Shown here: positions 21,296 to 32,577 of the stretch, one piece after another | Numbering within the stretch: the stretch's first letter is position 1 | How the letters are laid out: every line of letters starts with the position of its first letter | Source of the DNA: Auanema rhodensis | Taxonomy: Eukaryota > Animalia > Nematoda | Reading direction: 5' to 3' | Assembly: GCA_964057225.1 (NCBI GenBank) | Contig: OZ059898.1 | Span: 9,486,001 to 9,550,000, forward strand | DNA length: 64,000 bases | Program-made: the position numbers and the translations under genes | The notes under the pieces: generated by a model | What the model was told of the DNA's origin: nothing | Databases searched by the model: none | Seen by the model: the letters and a program-made list of their open reading frames with translations, nothing else

Positions 21296-22630
21296 ATGGC
21301 TAAATTGATAGATTCAAAATCAGCACAAGCCCTTTTACCTAATATCAACTATGGTGAAATACCTGCGTCGGCATTAGGTGTTGAATCCACTCGTACTGTA
21401 CAAGTCCCTTTGAAAAATACTTTTCTTCCTCAAGGACCATGGGAATTTGTTATAGCTCAAAATTCCAAATCATTCCTCAATCTGAGAAGATGTTGGTTGA
21501 ATGTAAAATTTAAAATTGTAACCACAAACGGTGATCCAGTACCAGACAACCTTGTTTTTGCACCATGTCAACAATTTGCTGCCAGTTTAATACATTCGTA
21601 TCATTTGAAAATTGGCGATGTTAGCGTGTATGACTCTACCGTGAATCATGCCTATAAAACATATATCGAGAATATTTTAATGTATAGCAACGATGTTAAA
21701 GAGAGCAAACTTGCCATATCAGGCTATTATGCTGATAGATATATAGATAATGCATCCAGTGCTGGATTTAGAACGCGTCAAACGCTTGTAAAAAATGGCA
21801 TATTGTGTGAGATGGCTGCTCCCGTCAGTATCGACCTATTTAATCAAGAGCGACTGTTTGTAAACTATTCAAAAATGGAGCTAACTGCATATCCAAACCG
21901 TGATAACTTTTTAATTGACACTCTAGGCTGGAATAATGAAAACAAGGATACTACATTAAAGGAGGAGTTACCAAATTTGAAAGTAGATATCAGCGATGTA
22001 CATTTGCTCATTCAAGAGTTTGATCTAAACGCTGGATTAGCTATGGCTATAGAAGATAAACTCGCAAAGGATCGAATACACTACCCCATGACATCAGTGA
22101 AAATGCGCTCTTATTTCATAGAAGGAGGCCGCTTGGATTCACCTAATAATATATTATTCACGTCTCATACACCAAAACGTGTTGTAGTAGGTCTTGTCGG
22201 CGCACACGCTTATAATGGTACTTTTAAACATTCGCCATTCAACTTTAAACCGTTTGATTTGAAAAATATATACTTGACGCTCAACAATAGGGTAATACCT
22301 ACCCGTCCTTATAATTTAGAATGGCGATCTTCCTATGCCACAGCATATATTGACATGCTCGAAGGTTTGGGACTTGGTCGTACAGATTCATCCAATGGTA
22401 TTACACCAGCAATGTATAAAGCTGGTTTCACATTTTTTGTATTTGATATTTCTCCTACTGTGCATTCGTCAGAGTTATTTGATGTTATACGACAAGGTAA
22501 TGTAGCCTTGAAATTGGAATTTGGTCAACAAACGCCGCAAGAGGGCTTATATGCAATTGTTTATGCAGAGTATGACTCTATTCTTTCAATTGACAACAAT
22601 CGTGCTCCATATATTGATACCAGTTCGTAA
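21296..22630 (+). CDS. Polinton major capsid protein (double jelly-roll)
   Basis: 444 aa with PKRVVVGLV, YNGTFKHSPFNF, FFVFDISP and YAEYD motifs typical of Polinton MCP. Confidence 0.92.
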   Translation: MAKLIDSKSAQALLPNINYGEIPASALGVESTRTVQVPLKNTFLPQGPWEFVIAQNSKSFLNLRRCWLNVKFKIVTTNGDPVPDNLVFAPCQQFAASLIHSYHLKIGDVSVYDSTVNHAYKTYIENILMYSNDVKESKLAISGYYADRYIDNASSAGFRTRQTLVKNGILCEMAAPVSIDLFNQERLFVNYSKMELTAYPNRDNFLIDTLGWNNENKDTTLKEELPNLKVDISDVHLLIQEFDLNAGLAMAIEDKLAKDRIHYPMTSVKMRSYFIEGGRLDSPNNILFTSHTPKRVVVGLVGAHAYNGTFKHSPFNFKPFDLKNIYLTLNNRVIPTRPYNLEWRSSYATAYIDMLEGLGLGRTDSSNGITPAMYKAGFTFFVFDISPTVHSSELFDVIRQGNVALKLEFGQQTPQEGLYAIVYAEYDSILSIDNNRAPYIDTSS

Positions 22631-22774
22631 TGTATGTAATAAATTCTTTAAAAGATTTAAGAATAAAATTTATTAATACCACTATTTTTAAAAATAAATA
22701 CATGTACAATGATAAAATTTTATAAATACAAATATATACAAGATAAAAATTTATAAATTCAAATATATTAAAAC

Positions 22775-25700
22775 TTATTCACAATAACCGTAGGGTAAAG
22801 TACTATAATCTTGTAGATAACAAAGTTTATCCATTACGACTTTAGTACTTTTTGTCATATCCATTGTGGATATGGCACCGAGTTGCCTCTTTAACAATGT
22901 CGTATTGGTTTTTAAAACCAATTTCTCTCCATCCACAACGAGTCCGCGAACCAGTCGCTCCATACTTTCAAAGTTTACCACTGATGCTGCCGTGTGGTCC
23001 AACGTCTGAAAATTATAAAATTATTTGAAAAGTCAAAGCTCGTACTTACCACTCCCTTTGCCTTTGTTACATATTTCACATCACCAGCTGCATTTACAAG
23101 TTTATAACTATAAACTTTTGCTGCTGGTGACACAAACTTGGTCATTGACCAACCATCGGGTATTTCAGAGGTTAGTTTACCTAACCATTCACCCTTCATA
23201 TCCTCAATTGGATCTGGCTCATCCAGGCACCTTTGATAAATTAGAGAATCCGTGTCTAAATAATGTAAGTTTAAATTGAATACAAAGTATAAAATTACCT
23301 GTATACACCAAATTCTTTCCAATTTTCTCCATTGCCTTATACAATAGTAGCCTTGCATGAGCGGTTGTATAGGCCGCAATAGCTACATTTGTAAAAGGCG
23401 GTGGCGCCAAATGTGAATCCTCTGGTACTGTTGTGCAGTACGCAACATTATCCACAATTTTGAACCCAGTGAGTTCCCTTGCAGGATCAGTAATGATCCT
23501 ACCAATTTCTGGGTCCTCAACACCAATAATCTTGGTTTGGGCTTTATCAGGTCTTTGACCCATTTTACCCCAGACACTATAAGCAAATTTGTAATGTATT
23601 GTTTTTAAAAAGTTTACAAACCTACTTAGCTGCAGTTTGGCAATGCTACGCATGGCAGCATTCTTTTCAATTTTATTGCTCTCCAGAGCAACACCAGTGT
23701 TCTCCTCGTGCTCTTGGAGATATATTACCTGTAAAATTCTATTTAATGTGATACTTTTATTAAAACATACCTTTTCTTCCTCTGTCATGTTTGGCTTTGG
23801 CCAGCCCGACGCCTCTTGTTTAATTTTTATGTACTTTTGTACAAATTCTTTAAACAGGCCGCCTTGTTGCCATTCTTCCCAGTGCCACACCTCATGCACA
23901 TTAAGCACTTTATAGCCACGTTGTATGGCACACTCGAGCTCAACATGTGTCACAGTTAGATGCAGCTTTCTAGCATTTACATCATTTTGGTGCTCACATG
24001 CTACATTTTTACTCTTGACTGCACAAGTGCGGCAGTTTGTAAAAATTAATTTACCGCCAATACGTGTGCCTAATACAGGGTACAGCAAATTTGTGGGTGC
24101 AAGCACGTCACATTTTACTAGCCCCTTGTATGGGCAACATGTCTCAAAGCTTTTGAAACTCTCAGTAATAACTTTGGGATTACCTACAGGGTAATAGGCA
24201 TCAAAAGCGGTGACATATGGATATAGTGAACAAAAGTCCACATACTCGAGCGAGTATCTATCCGAAGCTTGTGCCAAAAGCTTATATGTCTGGGTGCGGC
24301 CACCGATAAAGGCATCTCTAGGTGCCAAGCGTGTAACAACATTTGTTTCACGCATAAATTTCGCCATTTCTTCATTGGCCGAAATTTGAGCATTAATTTC
24401 GTGCTCCCACACTGTGGTAACACTAATGCCTTGGCTTTGAATTGCTTCAAGCCTTTTCATGGTTTTATCATAAACCTAAATTTTAAAAGTTAAAATGATT
24501 AAAAAAGTCACAATTACCTCTTCCATTGTTTCACCATTTCTGCCTGGTGCTATAGCGCTCTTGTTGGTGCACTGGGGGCAACCATGGTAAATACAACCAT
24601 TAATCTACAAAAATTTGAATTTTTTACATTTATCACAAATTACTCACCTCATAGCCATGATTGGCAACGGGGTCATAAGCATCGAGTAGATAGCGATGGT
24701 CATCTACTCTCACTGCAAATTCACCACCATTAAGCTTATGCATTAATGGGCGGCCCAATCCTTGTTCTAGCCATTTTATATACTTTATGGCTATTATACT
24801 CTGCTTTTGACCGGCATAATAACCAGTCTCGGGCAGAATACCCACTTGGTTCTCTTTAATGTGGTTCATTTTCAACTGTAATATAATAGTTTTGAAAATG
24901 CTTGTATTTTAAAAAACTTGCCTGGAATAAAGAGAAACTGGCAAATGTCATACATTGTATGACAGGGTTCCAGCCAGTGGTGGCGGTTGCCAACTTCATG
25001 TAAACTTTCATACAGTTGGTTAAAATACGGACATCTGTCCTACAATATTCCAAAAGCTCTTCATCAAAATCAAACGCTCTTTGATTACGCTCTTCATACC
25101 AAATATCGAATGAAGCTAGGTCTTCTGCTTTCATTCTAGCAGTACAATAGTACTGTTTTGGTGGTAAAGATGGTAACACTTTGCCATAATTTATTGGGTG
25201 ATTATAGAGGTAAGGAAACTGTCCTTTACTCATATCAGGTACACCAAATGCCTTGGGTAACGCTGATAGGGGTAAAGGCACTAATAAATAACTATCTTTA
25301 AAATATAAATGATTAAATTTTTGACCTCTTAAAGGCTTGACAACCATGCTTATAATCTTGGTCCCATTTAAAATTGGATCAGGATATATTCCACGGTTTA
25401 TCAGCCTAGACACCAAGAAATGTATGTCAAAGCGTGAACCATTATGCGCAATCAAAATTGCATTATCATTCTCAACAGAGTTGAGTAACCAATCAAGGAA
25501 ACGATCTGTTACAGACCATTCACTATCACCTTGTTGGTACCCAAAATGGCCCTCCTTGGTTGTGCATTTTTCGCATGAATTGGCGTCTATACAACTTTCA
25601 CAAAATTTGTTATACACAACCATATTGGGCCATTGTTCATCTGCATATTCATGAACATTTGTACCGCTTTTTAACACAACCGTTTCAAAGTCATAGAAAA

Positions 25701-27978
25701 TAATCTTAAACAAGTAAGCATTACACTTGTAAAGATGTAAAATACAAACCTTGTATTTTTCTTGCCTCTTTTTTAACTGATCCTTCTTCTTGTCGTTAGG
25801 TGGTACCCAACAACAAGAATGATCTTCAGGCTTTGTTTGCCCACACTTTTTGCAAAATTTCTCATTGCAATTGTGCGGTCTATCAGCACGTACTCTGTGA
25901 TAATGATCACAGTTTTCACATGTCTGAATTTAGTCTTGTTAAATTTTATATATATTTTTTAAATTACCTTAAACATTCGACATGTTTTTCTGATATGCCT
26001 GTCAAAGCATTGACGAGTTTTGAACAAAACTCTACAACTATCACATCTTATGCTACTCTCAACCACATTTTCCATCGAATTACATTTTAAGGTGTGGCAT
26101 TTCTTACACTTGGCTTTACATCTATGCAACACTGTTTTGTAAGATAATTTACAGTGTTGGCATATAATACCATCAAAAATCTGTGATCTACTACAAGTAG
26201 TAATACAGTCATAATGATTATTTCGGTAGCCTAGTGTTACCACTTTGCTAGCCGTTTCATTAAAGATACGCTGAATAGCGTACATACGCTGTCCAGGTGG
26301 CCTAGCGTATACTACAAACTTATAGTCTGTATTACAACTTGCAATAATATTTAAATGGTTCAAATTATAATTTGGTAAATGTACAGAAATACCACACCTA
26401 TTTAATAAATTGATATGATGTGGTTGATTTGGCAACAAGATGTAGTTGCGACGAAGATTTTGTATCCTCCGCTTTTCAACAACATCTTCTGCTGCCTCTT
26501 CATCGGCTTTCCACATTCCCACGACTGCTGCTCTAGCCAGGCAATGTGTATCAGTGTTCTCAATTGTGCCAGGTATTTTGAGTTCGGCATCAAAATAGAA
26601 ACCAACTCTACCTTCACCAGGCATCAGGCTTGGCTGCACCGGTCTTTCATCAAACACATACATTTCAATGTTCATTGCCTGGCTAATTACAGCCTCTCGC
26701 TTTGATTGCTGTACCTTGCTGATGGCATTCATGATGGCAACGCCATCCAAATGCTCCCTTCTACGGAAATCCATAAATATGGATCCCTTTTCAAAGGATG
26801 GGTGCTCTATTGATAAACAAAATAGTGCTTTTTGTTTATCTGGCACACCACTTTCAGCAAGGCACCGATCAAGAAACTCATTAAATAGCCGCGGCATGAC
26901 AACATGCATTGGCTCATTAATGGCTTCCAAATGTGGGAACGTGAGCGATCTAACGACCACGTTGGTGAACCGACCAGTTCGTTTTATGCGTCGGTGTGAC
27001 CACTATAATACATATTTTTTATAATGGTTATACGCTTTTAATTTAAATATAAATAATTTTTGTTTATAACTTTTAATAAATTTACTTTTCTTTAAATTAT
27101 TTTTATTAATGTTTAAAAATAAATGGCATTTGATTTTTAAATATAAAGTTTTTTTTTTTTCAACTTTGAAAAAACTTTTATAAACATTTGTTAATGTTAA
27201 AAAATAAATGAAAAGGTCAAGATTGTGTTTTATTATTTTACTAGTTCAAAATGTTTGAAATATTTATAATTTGTAAGAATTCAAAATTGGTTGAAAGAAA
27301 GATAGATAGTGAGATGAAATGTAAAGATTTTAAAATGAATGCTGTTCAAAAGAATGAATATGTAAATTTCAAAATACTTGCAATTTGTTTGATAAAAGAT
27401 ATAGATTGAGATGAAATGTAAAGATGAGAGAGAGAGAATTTTATGAATGCAATTGAAAAAGAGAAATAAATTTCAAAATGTTTTCAAAATATGCAACTGG
27501 AGCAAGAGAAAATTTCATGTTTCAAAAGATATATTATGAAATGATATGTAAATAAAAGATCGCACCTCTATTTTACAGACATTGTTGAAAACCGCTCCAT
27601 ATCCGACTTGCCCTCCACTGGTTGATGGGGTAGCGGGATCCCATTCTCTTAAAAAGAAAAAACTAATTGTTATAATTTTTAATATCGCTTACTCATCACT
27701 GTCATCCAAGGTTATTACTTCAATAACCCTTGATGATGAGGGCCCACTGTTAAAAGTGGGTGATGTGGGCTCACAGAGCTCGATCCCACCAGCCTCGGTA
27801 AACTTTATACGTTTACTAAAAAACAAAATATATATAAAGATTCAAAATATTGTTAAATTACCTGAGCTGATTAATCTCTTCATAATCAAATCCTAGCTCT
27901 TCACATAAACGTTTATAACTGAAAAAAGAAAAAGTTTACAAACAAATAAACAAAAAGACACAACCTATTAGCAGCCAT
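22775..27978 (-). CDS. Protein-primed family B DNA polymerase, 14 exons, ~1369 aa, with an inserted Vsr-like nuclease domain
   Basis: Exo FYDFET / HNGSRFD / YCRTDV; pol GGRT, DFCSLYP, KLQLSSVWGK, YTDTDS; YEINGCIYHGCPQC. Introns: 27919-27964, 27816-27861, 27648-27692, 27003-27565, 25924-25967, 25705-25749, 24876-24921 (GC-AG), 24605-24647, 24476-24517, 23729-23770, 23577-23621, 23256-23298, 23006-23049. All phases are compatible. Confidence 0.88.
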
Positions 27979-28175
27979 TGTACCTTGATATAATGAATAT
28001 ATCAGTCTACACATTGCTGTTGGCATTGTAATTTGTTATGTAACATGGATTTGGGTACAGCTGTCAAAACTAGCAGTTGCGATAAACTTTAAAATAAATA
28101 AGCTTATTGAATACATCTGTTTTTATTGTCCCCATCGGATTAATTTTTGTTATTAGTTCTTATTAAATTAACTTC

Positions 28176-29038
28176 ATGCGTTTCATTGAGGTCAGCGCAA
28201 CTGTTTGTTAATCTTATTGTATTTACCTTCAATGTGTGCTCTATTTAGTTATTGTATTGTTATATTAGTAAAATAAAGTTTAAAACTAATCTTTTATTAT
28301 AATTTGAAACCTTTACTTGTTAGAATAAATATAATTAATAACAATTTGTAATTTCAAAAATTAATAATTTAATGTCATTCTTATCGAATTAACTTTCGAT
28401 ATGTGTTTCATTAAATTTTGGTATTTTATATCGTTCTTATCGAATTAACCTTCGATATGTGTTCCATTAAATTTTGGTATTTCATATCGTTCTTATCGAA
28501 TTAACTTTCGATATGTGTTCCATTGAATTACCCATAACAAGTACGGTGAACAAAATTATCTACATGCAAAAATTTTATTGATCTTTAAAAATACAAATAA
28601 AATAGTACAAACACAATACAATAAAAAATAAACAAAATAAGTAAACAAGCATTATTAATAAATTTAATAAATAAATAAAATTTAAAAAACAAATTCATAT
28701 ATTTAAAATTTAAATATAATTTAAATATTTAAAATTAAGATTTTTATTTTTACTTAATATATTTAAAAATAATTAAAAATATATACATACATTTGAAAAA
28801 GCATATTTAAATTTGATTTAAAAAAAAAAATCATGCTTTAAATCATGATTTTTAAATTTAAAAAAGGAGAATCCATGAACCATGATCCCAAAATATGATT
28901 TTAACAGCTGACGCTCAAAAATATGTTTTTGACAGCTGACGCCCCCAAAAGTATGTTTTTAGCAGCTGACGCCCCCAAAAGTATGTTTTTGACAGCTGTT
29001 TGGGGGCGTGGTTAGTAAATTTTGCACGGCTCTCTACT
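28176..29038 (-). repeat. Polinton right TIR
   Basis: Inverted match to the left TIR with a shorter AT-rich tract. Confidence 0.9.
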
Positions 29039-29073
29039 GTGGTCGTATTTTGTCAAATTTCAACTTTTTGTCT

Positions 29074-29667
29074 TGCGGTAAAACAACCCTCATAAAGCAC
29101 ATATGTGAAAATACTGAAAAGTTTTTCAACGTCCCCATTGATAGAATATTCTGGTTTAGTCAATGTGGGTCATCGTCAGGTGTACCAATAAATGATGAGC
29201 GTTTAATAATTATTCAAGGGCCTCCTGATCCTGATTTGATAAATGAACAAAAGGGAGTAAATACTATACTAGTGCTGGATGATTTGATGAACTTTTTTTC
29301 ATCGAATAAAGCAGCAAAGGAATTACTCAACAACATTTTTACAGTATGGGCTCATCACTGGAATTTGGCAGTGTTTAATCTTGTGCAAGCGGCATTTCAA
29401 CTGGACAGGACCAGTCGAATCAATAGTACATATATAATACTGATGAAAAGTCATTCAGATATATTACAAATACGTAATTGTCTGCAGCAATTATTTGGGC
29501 CACGTTTCAAAAATGCTCTAGAGGCGTATGATGATGCAATGTCTACTCCCTATAGTCATTTACTGATTGACAATCATCCTTTAACAAGTGAGAAGCAGCG
29601 TATACTATCTGATATAACAGCGGAGAACCCTATTGTTTATGTTGCCAGAAATGTGTTTAGTGTTTAA
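29074..29667 (+). pseudogene. 5'-truncated packaging ATPase (starts inside Walker A)
   Basis: CGKTT onward only, fused to the first codons of the 102-aa ORF. Confidence 0.88.
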
Positions 29668-29679
29668 AGTGCTTGTTCA

Positions 29680-29988
29680 ATGAGTGGTCGTATTTTGTCA
29701 AATTTCAACTTTTTGTCTTCTTGCGCCAAAACTCCTTGTTCTGTTTCCTCATTTTCTTTTGCACAAATTGAAATTATTGTTGAAATTGTATTTAATATTG
29801 TGAAAAATAATAATTTTCTTTTAACTAACAAGGAATATAAAACCCTCTTGCCCATATCTTCATTATTACGTCAAATAGCTTTGATACGCACACCGGAAAA
29901 GGCTAAATCATTATTGGCAACGCTTTCACACAAACAATTGAAAACAATAGTTACATGTGGTATTGCCTATTTTGGTTTTAAATCATGA
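29680..29988 (+). CDS. Polinton small protein (102 aa), second copy
   Basis: Identical protein to 17707-18015. Confidence 0.75.
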   Translation: MSGRILSNFNFLSSCAKTPCSVSSFSFAQIEIIVEIVFNIVKNNNFLLTNKEYKTLLPISSLLRQIALIRTPEKAKSLLATLSHKQLKTIVTCGIAYFGFKS

Positions 29989-30701
29989 AGCTCAACCATA
30001 AATATCGACTAATTCCTGTCGACGAGGAAACAATTAATATAGACAAGTTTGATGCAGAGCTCAAGCTTTTACGAGAAAATAGAGCTATACCCGACTATAA
30101 AAAGGCTGAACTATACGAAGACTTGATTGCTCGTCTCAAAAACTATAGAGAAAGTATAGATGCGCCCATATCAGTACAAGTGGAAAATGTTGATCCACCT
30201 CTATTGCCAGAATACAAGTTGCCAAGAAAGTATAACAATTTGTGGGAGAAATTTCCAGAGGTGCGCACAAACAAGAATAACCAACTTGTGATTAATAATG
30301 AGGCTGTACCAAACACGAATATTACAAAAATTTTAGATTTTGTACTGGATAAAACAAAAACGGAGCCCAATGGATTTTCAGTCTTGTCAAAGTTTTTAGC
30401 CAGTAAAGGCGTATCTAGTTCTAACAAGAAACAAACTAGAAGAGAGTCGGCTGACAATGATTCAGTTGACGTTGTAACTAGAGCTGAACCGGCTGTTACA
30501 GACTTGGACTCTACTATATTACCTAGAACGCCTCGTCATCGTAAAGCTGTTATTCGATATTCACCATCACCGGTTCGTACACTCAAAAGTAAAAGGTCAA
30601 AGACTTTTGATACTGCCGCCGAATCATATTACACACCTCAGGCGGGAGAAACACAGAATGGCCAAGGTCGTAAAAGGTTCTACATTAGATTATGGAAATG
30701 A
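29985..30701 (+). CDS. Polinton 238-aa protein, second copy
   Basis: Identical protein to 16994-17710. Confidence 0.8.
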   Translation: MKLNHKYRLIPVDEETINIDKFDAELKLLRENRAIPDYKKAELYEDLIARLKNYRESIDAPISVQVENVDPPLLPEYKLPRKYNNLWEKFPEVRTNKNNQLVINNEAVPNTNITKILDFVLDKTKTEPNGFSVLSKFLASKGVSSSNKKQTRRESADNDSVDVVTRAEPAVTDLDSTILPRTPRHRKAVIRYSPSPVRTLKSKRSKTFDTAAESYYTPQAGETQNGQGRKRFYIRLWK

Positions 30702-31725
30702 TATTTTGGCGAGCATTTATTACGATATAAAACATCCAGCTTCATATACATCAGCCAAGAATTTATTATCGCAAGCACGAAAACATGGCATTTCAAAGGT
30801 ACAAGTTGATGATTTTTTGCAAGATTCTGAAACTTTTACACGGCATAAACCAACCAGAATGCGTATGCAGACTAGAAAGACTAGAGGATGTGGTCGATTT
30901 CTAACAGTGCAAGCAGATTTGGTTGATATGCAAAAATATAAAAAATTAAACGACGGCTATGCTTACATGTTGACCATGATTGATGTTTATACACGCATGT
31001 TATATGTTAGGCCTTTGAAAACTAAAGGTGGTATAGAGGTTGCTAGTGCATTTGAAAATTTATTCAAGAATTTTATACCAATTCAGTTGATTACTGATAA
31101 TGGCACAGAGTTTTATAATAGTCATTGTGAAAAACTATTCAAAAAGTTTGCCATACTGCACGGATCTACAAGTTCACCACAAAAGGCTGCAATGGTGGAG
31201 CGAGCAAATAGAACTTTAAAAACACGCATGATGAAATATCTCTATTACAAGAATAATCATCGTTGGATTGATATCCTAGATGATTTGGTTGAAGGAATAA
31301 ACAAATCTTATAACCGCTCTATAAAAATGCGGCCCATTGATGTTAAAGCAAATATATTCATTGAAGAATATGCACCAGCTGTTAAAAGCCGCTTTAAAAT
31401 TGGTGATACTGTTCGCATAAGCAAAAATAGGCGTACTTTTGAAAAAAGCTACGAGTCTGGATATACAATGGAGCTGTTCACAATTGATGAGGTTGTAACC
31501 GGAAACCCAACCGTGTATAAACTTGTAGATTATAATGGTGAACGTATAAAGGGAATATTCTACGAACCTGAACTTGTCTTGGCTACTAATAAAAGCAACA
31601 AGTACTATATAGAAAAAGTTTTAAAAGAGCGTACTCGAAGCGGTAAACGTCAAGTATTTGTAAAATGGAGTGGATATCCCGACAACTTTAATGAATGGAT
31701 AGATGCAGAAAATTTAAATGTATAA
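30658..31725 (+). CDS. Polinton integrase-chromodomain, second copy (intact)
   Basis: DDE motifs plus chromodomain; retains IDVYTR. Confidence 0.92.
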   Translation: MAKVVKGSTLDYGNDILASIYYDIKHPASYTSAKNLLSQARKHGISKVQVDDFLQDSETFTRHKPTRMRMQTRKTRGCGRFLTVQADLVDMQKYKKLNDGYAYMLTMIDVYTRMLYVRPLKTKGGIEVASAFENLFKNFIPIQLITDNGTEFYNSHCEKLFKKFAILHGSTSSPQKAAMVERANRTLKTRMMKYLYYKNNHRWIDILDDLVEGINKSYNRSIKMRPIDVKANIFIEEYAPAVKSRFKIGDTVRISKNRRTFEKSYESGYTMELFTIDEVVTGNPTVYKLVDYNGERIKGIFYEPELVLATNKSNKYYIEKVLKERTRSGKRQVFVKWSGYPDNFNEWIDAENLNV

Positions 31726-32020
31726 TTTTTCAATGTTATAAACAATTGTAATTATAATAAATGATTTATTTGATATATCGCATAATGTAACAATAAAAAA
31801 CCAGCAAAATACAAACAACAATTCAACCTGCAAAAAAAAAAATGTAGACTATTCAAATTTTCAAATTCTTACCAGTTGGTTGATCATTCGTCCTCAATTG
31901 ATGAGCCATTGATGGATAATCGCAAGAGCTGGAAAAAAAAATGTTACGGCTGAGAATATAAAAATGCCACATAACAAAACAAGAATAAAACGCCAATTGT
32001 ACTATTTGTGCTTGTTGTAG

Positions 32021-32577
32021 TTAAAATGAAGGATCAAAGCGGATAAACATGTTCAGGTTGAGTGCTTCTGGACTTAGTTTAAAGTAGAATACATTCTGCT
32101 TATAACCAAAAGTCTTTACAGTAGCCTCATCTGCATATATAACAATATAGCCCATATTGTTCAACAATTGCTTGCACGTCATGGTGTTATAAGAGCGCAT
32201 CTAAAAAAAATGATAAAATTGAAAATAAATAAATATGCAAGCTTACATTAATAGAAAAGTTTTCGGGCTTATAGTGACGAAATTCCTTCAAAAGACCCAA
32301 CGCATCATTCCTTCCTCTACACTTTATACAGAGGCTGAAACAGTGATACTCGTCTATAACCTGAGAGACAAATTGGTCTCATTAATACACTCCTTGGTGG
32401 AGTGCTCTCTCTCAGAATCTCAATCTGCTTTATTGGTGAATCTAAATTAAAGATTTAAAAAATACAAGTTAAGGTTAAACTTGTGAAATTTGGAGCTGGT
32501 GTGGGTGGTCGTGGTACTTCAGGTTCAGGCGATTTGCGCACAACATTTGTCACATCAGCAAGTACAGCACGCTTCAT
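32021..32577 (-). pseudogene. Disrupted copy of the spliced accessory gene
   Basis: Homologous to 15094-15679. The first splice donor is deleted (~32477) and there is a ~23-bp deletion in exon 2 (~32365). Confidence 0.6.

Larger units (their letters stand above)
13396..29038. mobile_element. Complete Polinton/Maverick (15,643 bp)
   Basis: AGTAGAGAGCC...GGCTCTCTACT termini, long TIRs, 6-bp TSD GTGGTC (13390-13395 and 29039-29044), and the full core gene set. Confidence 0.97.

Noticed and set aside
29008-29073. Novel N-terminus on a 219-aa ATPase
   Set aside because: Chimeric read-through of TIR, TSD and the 102-aa ORF start.
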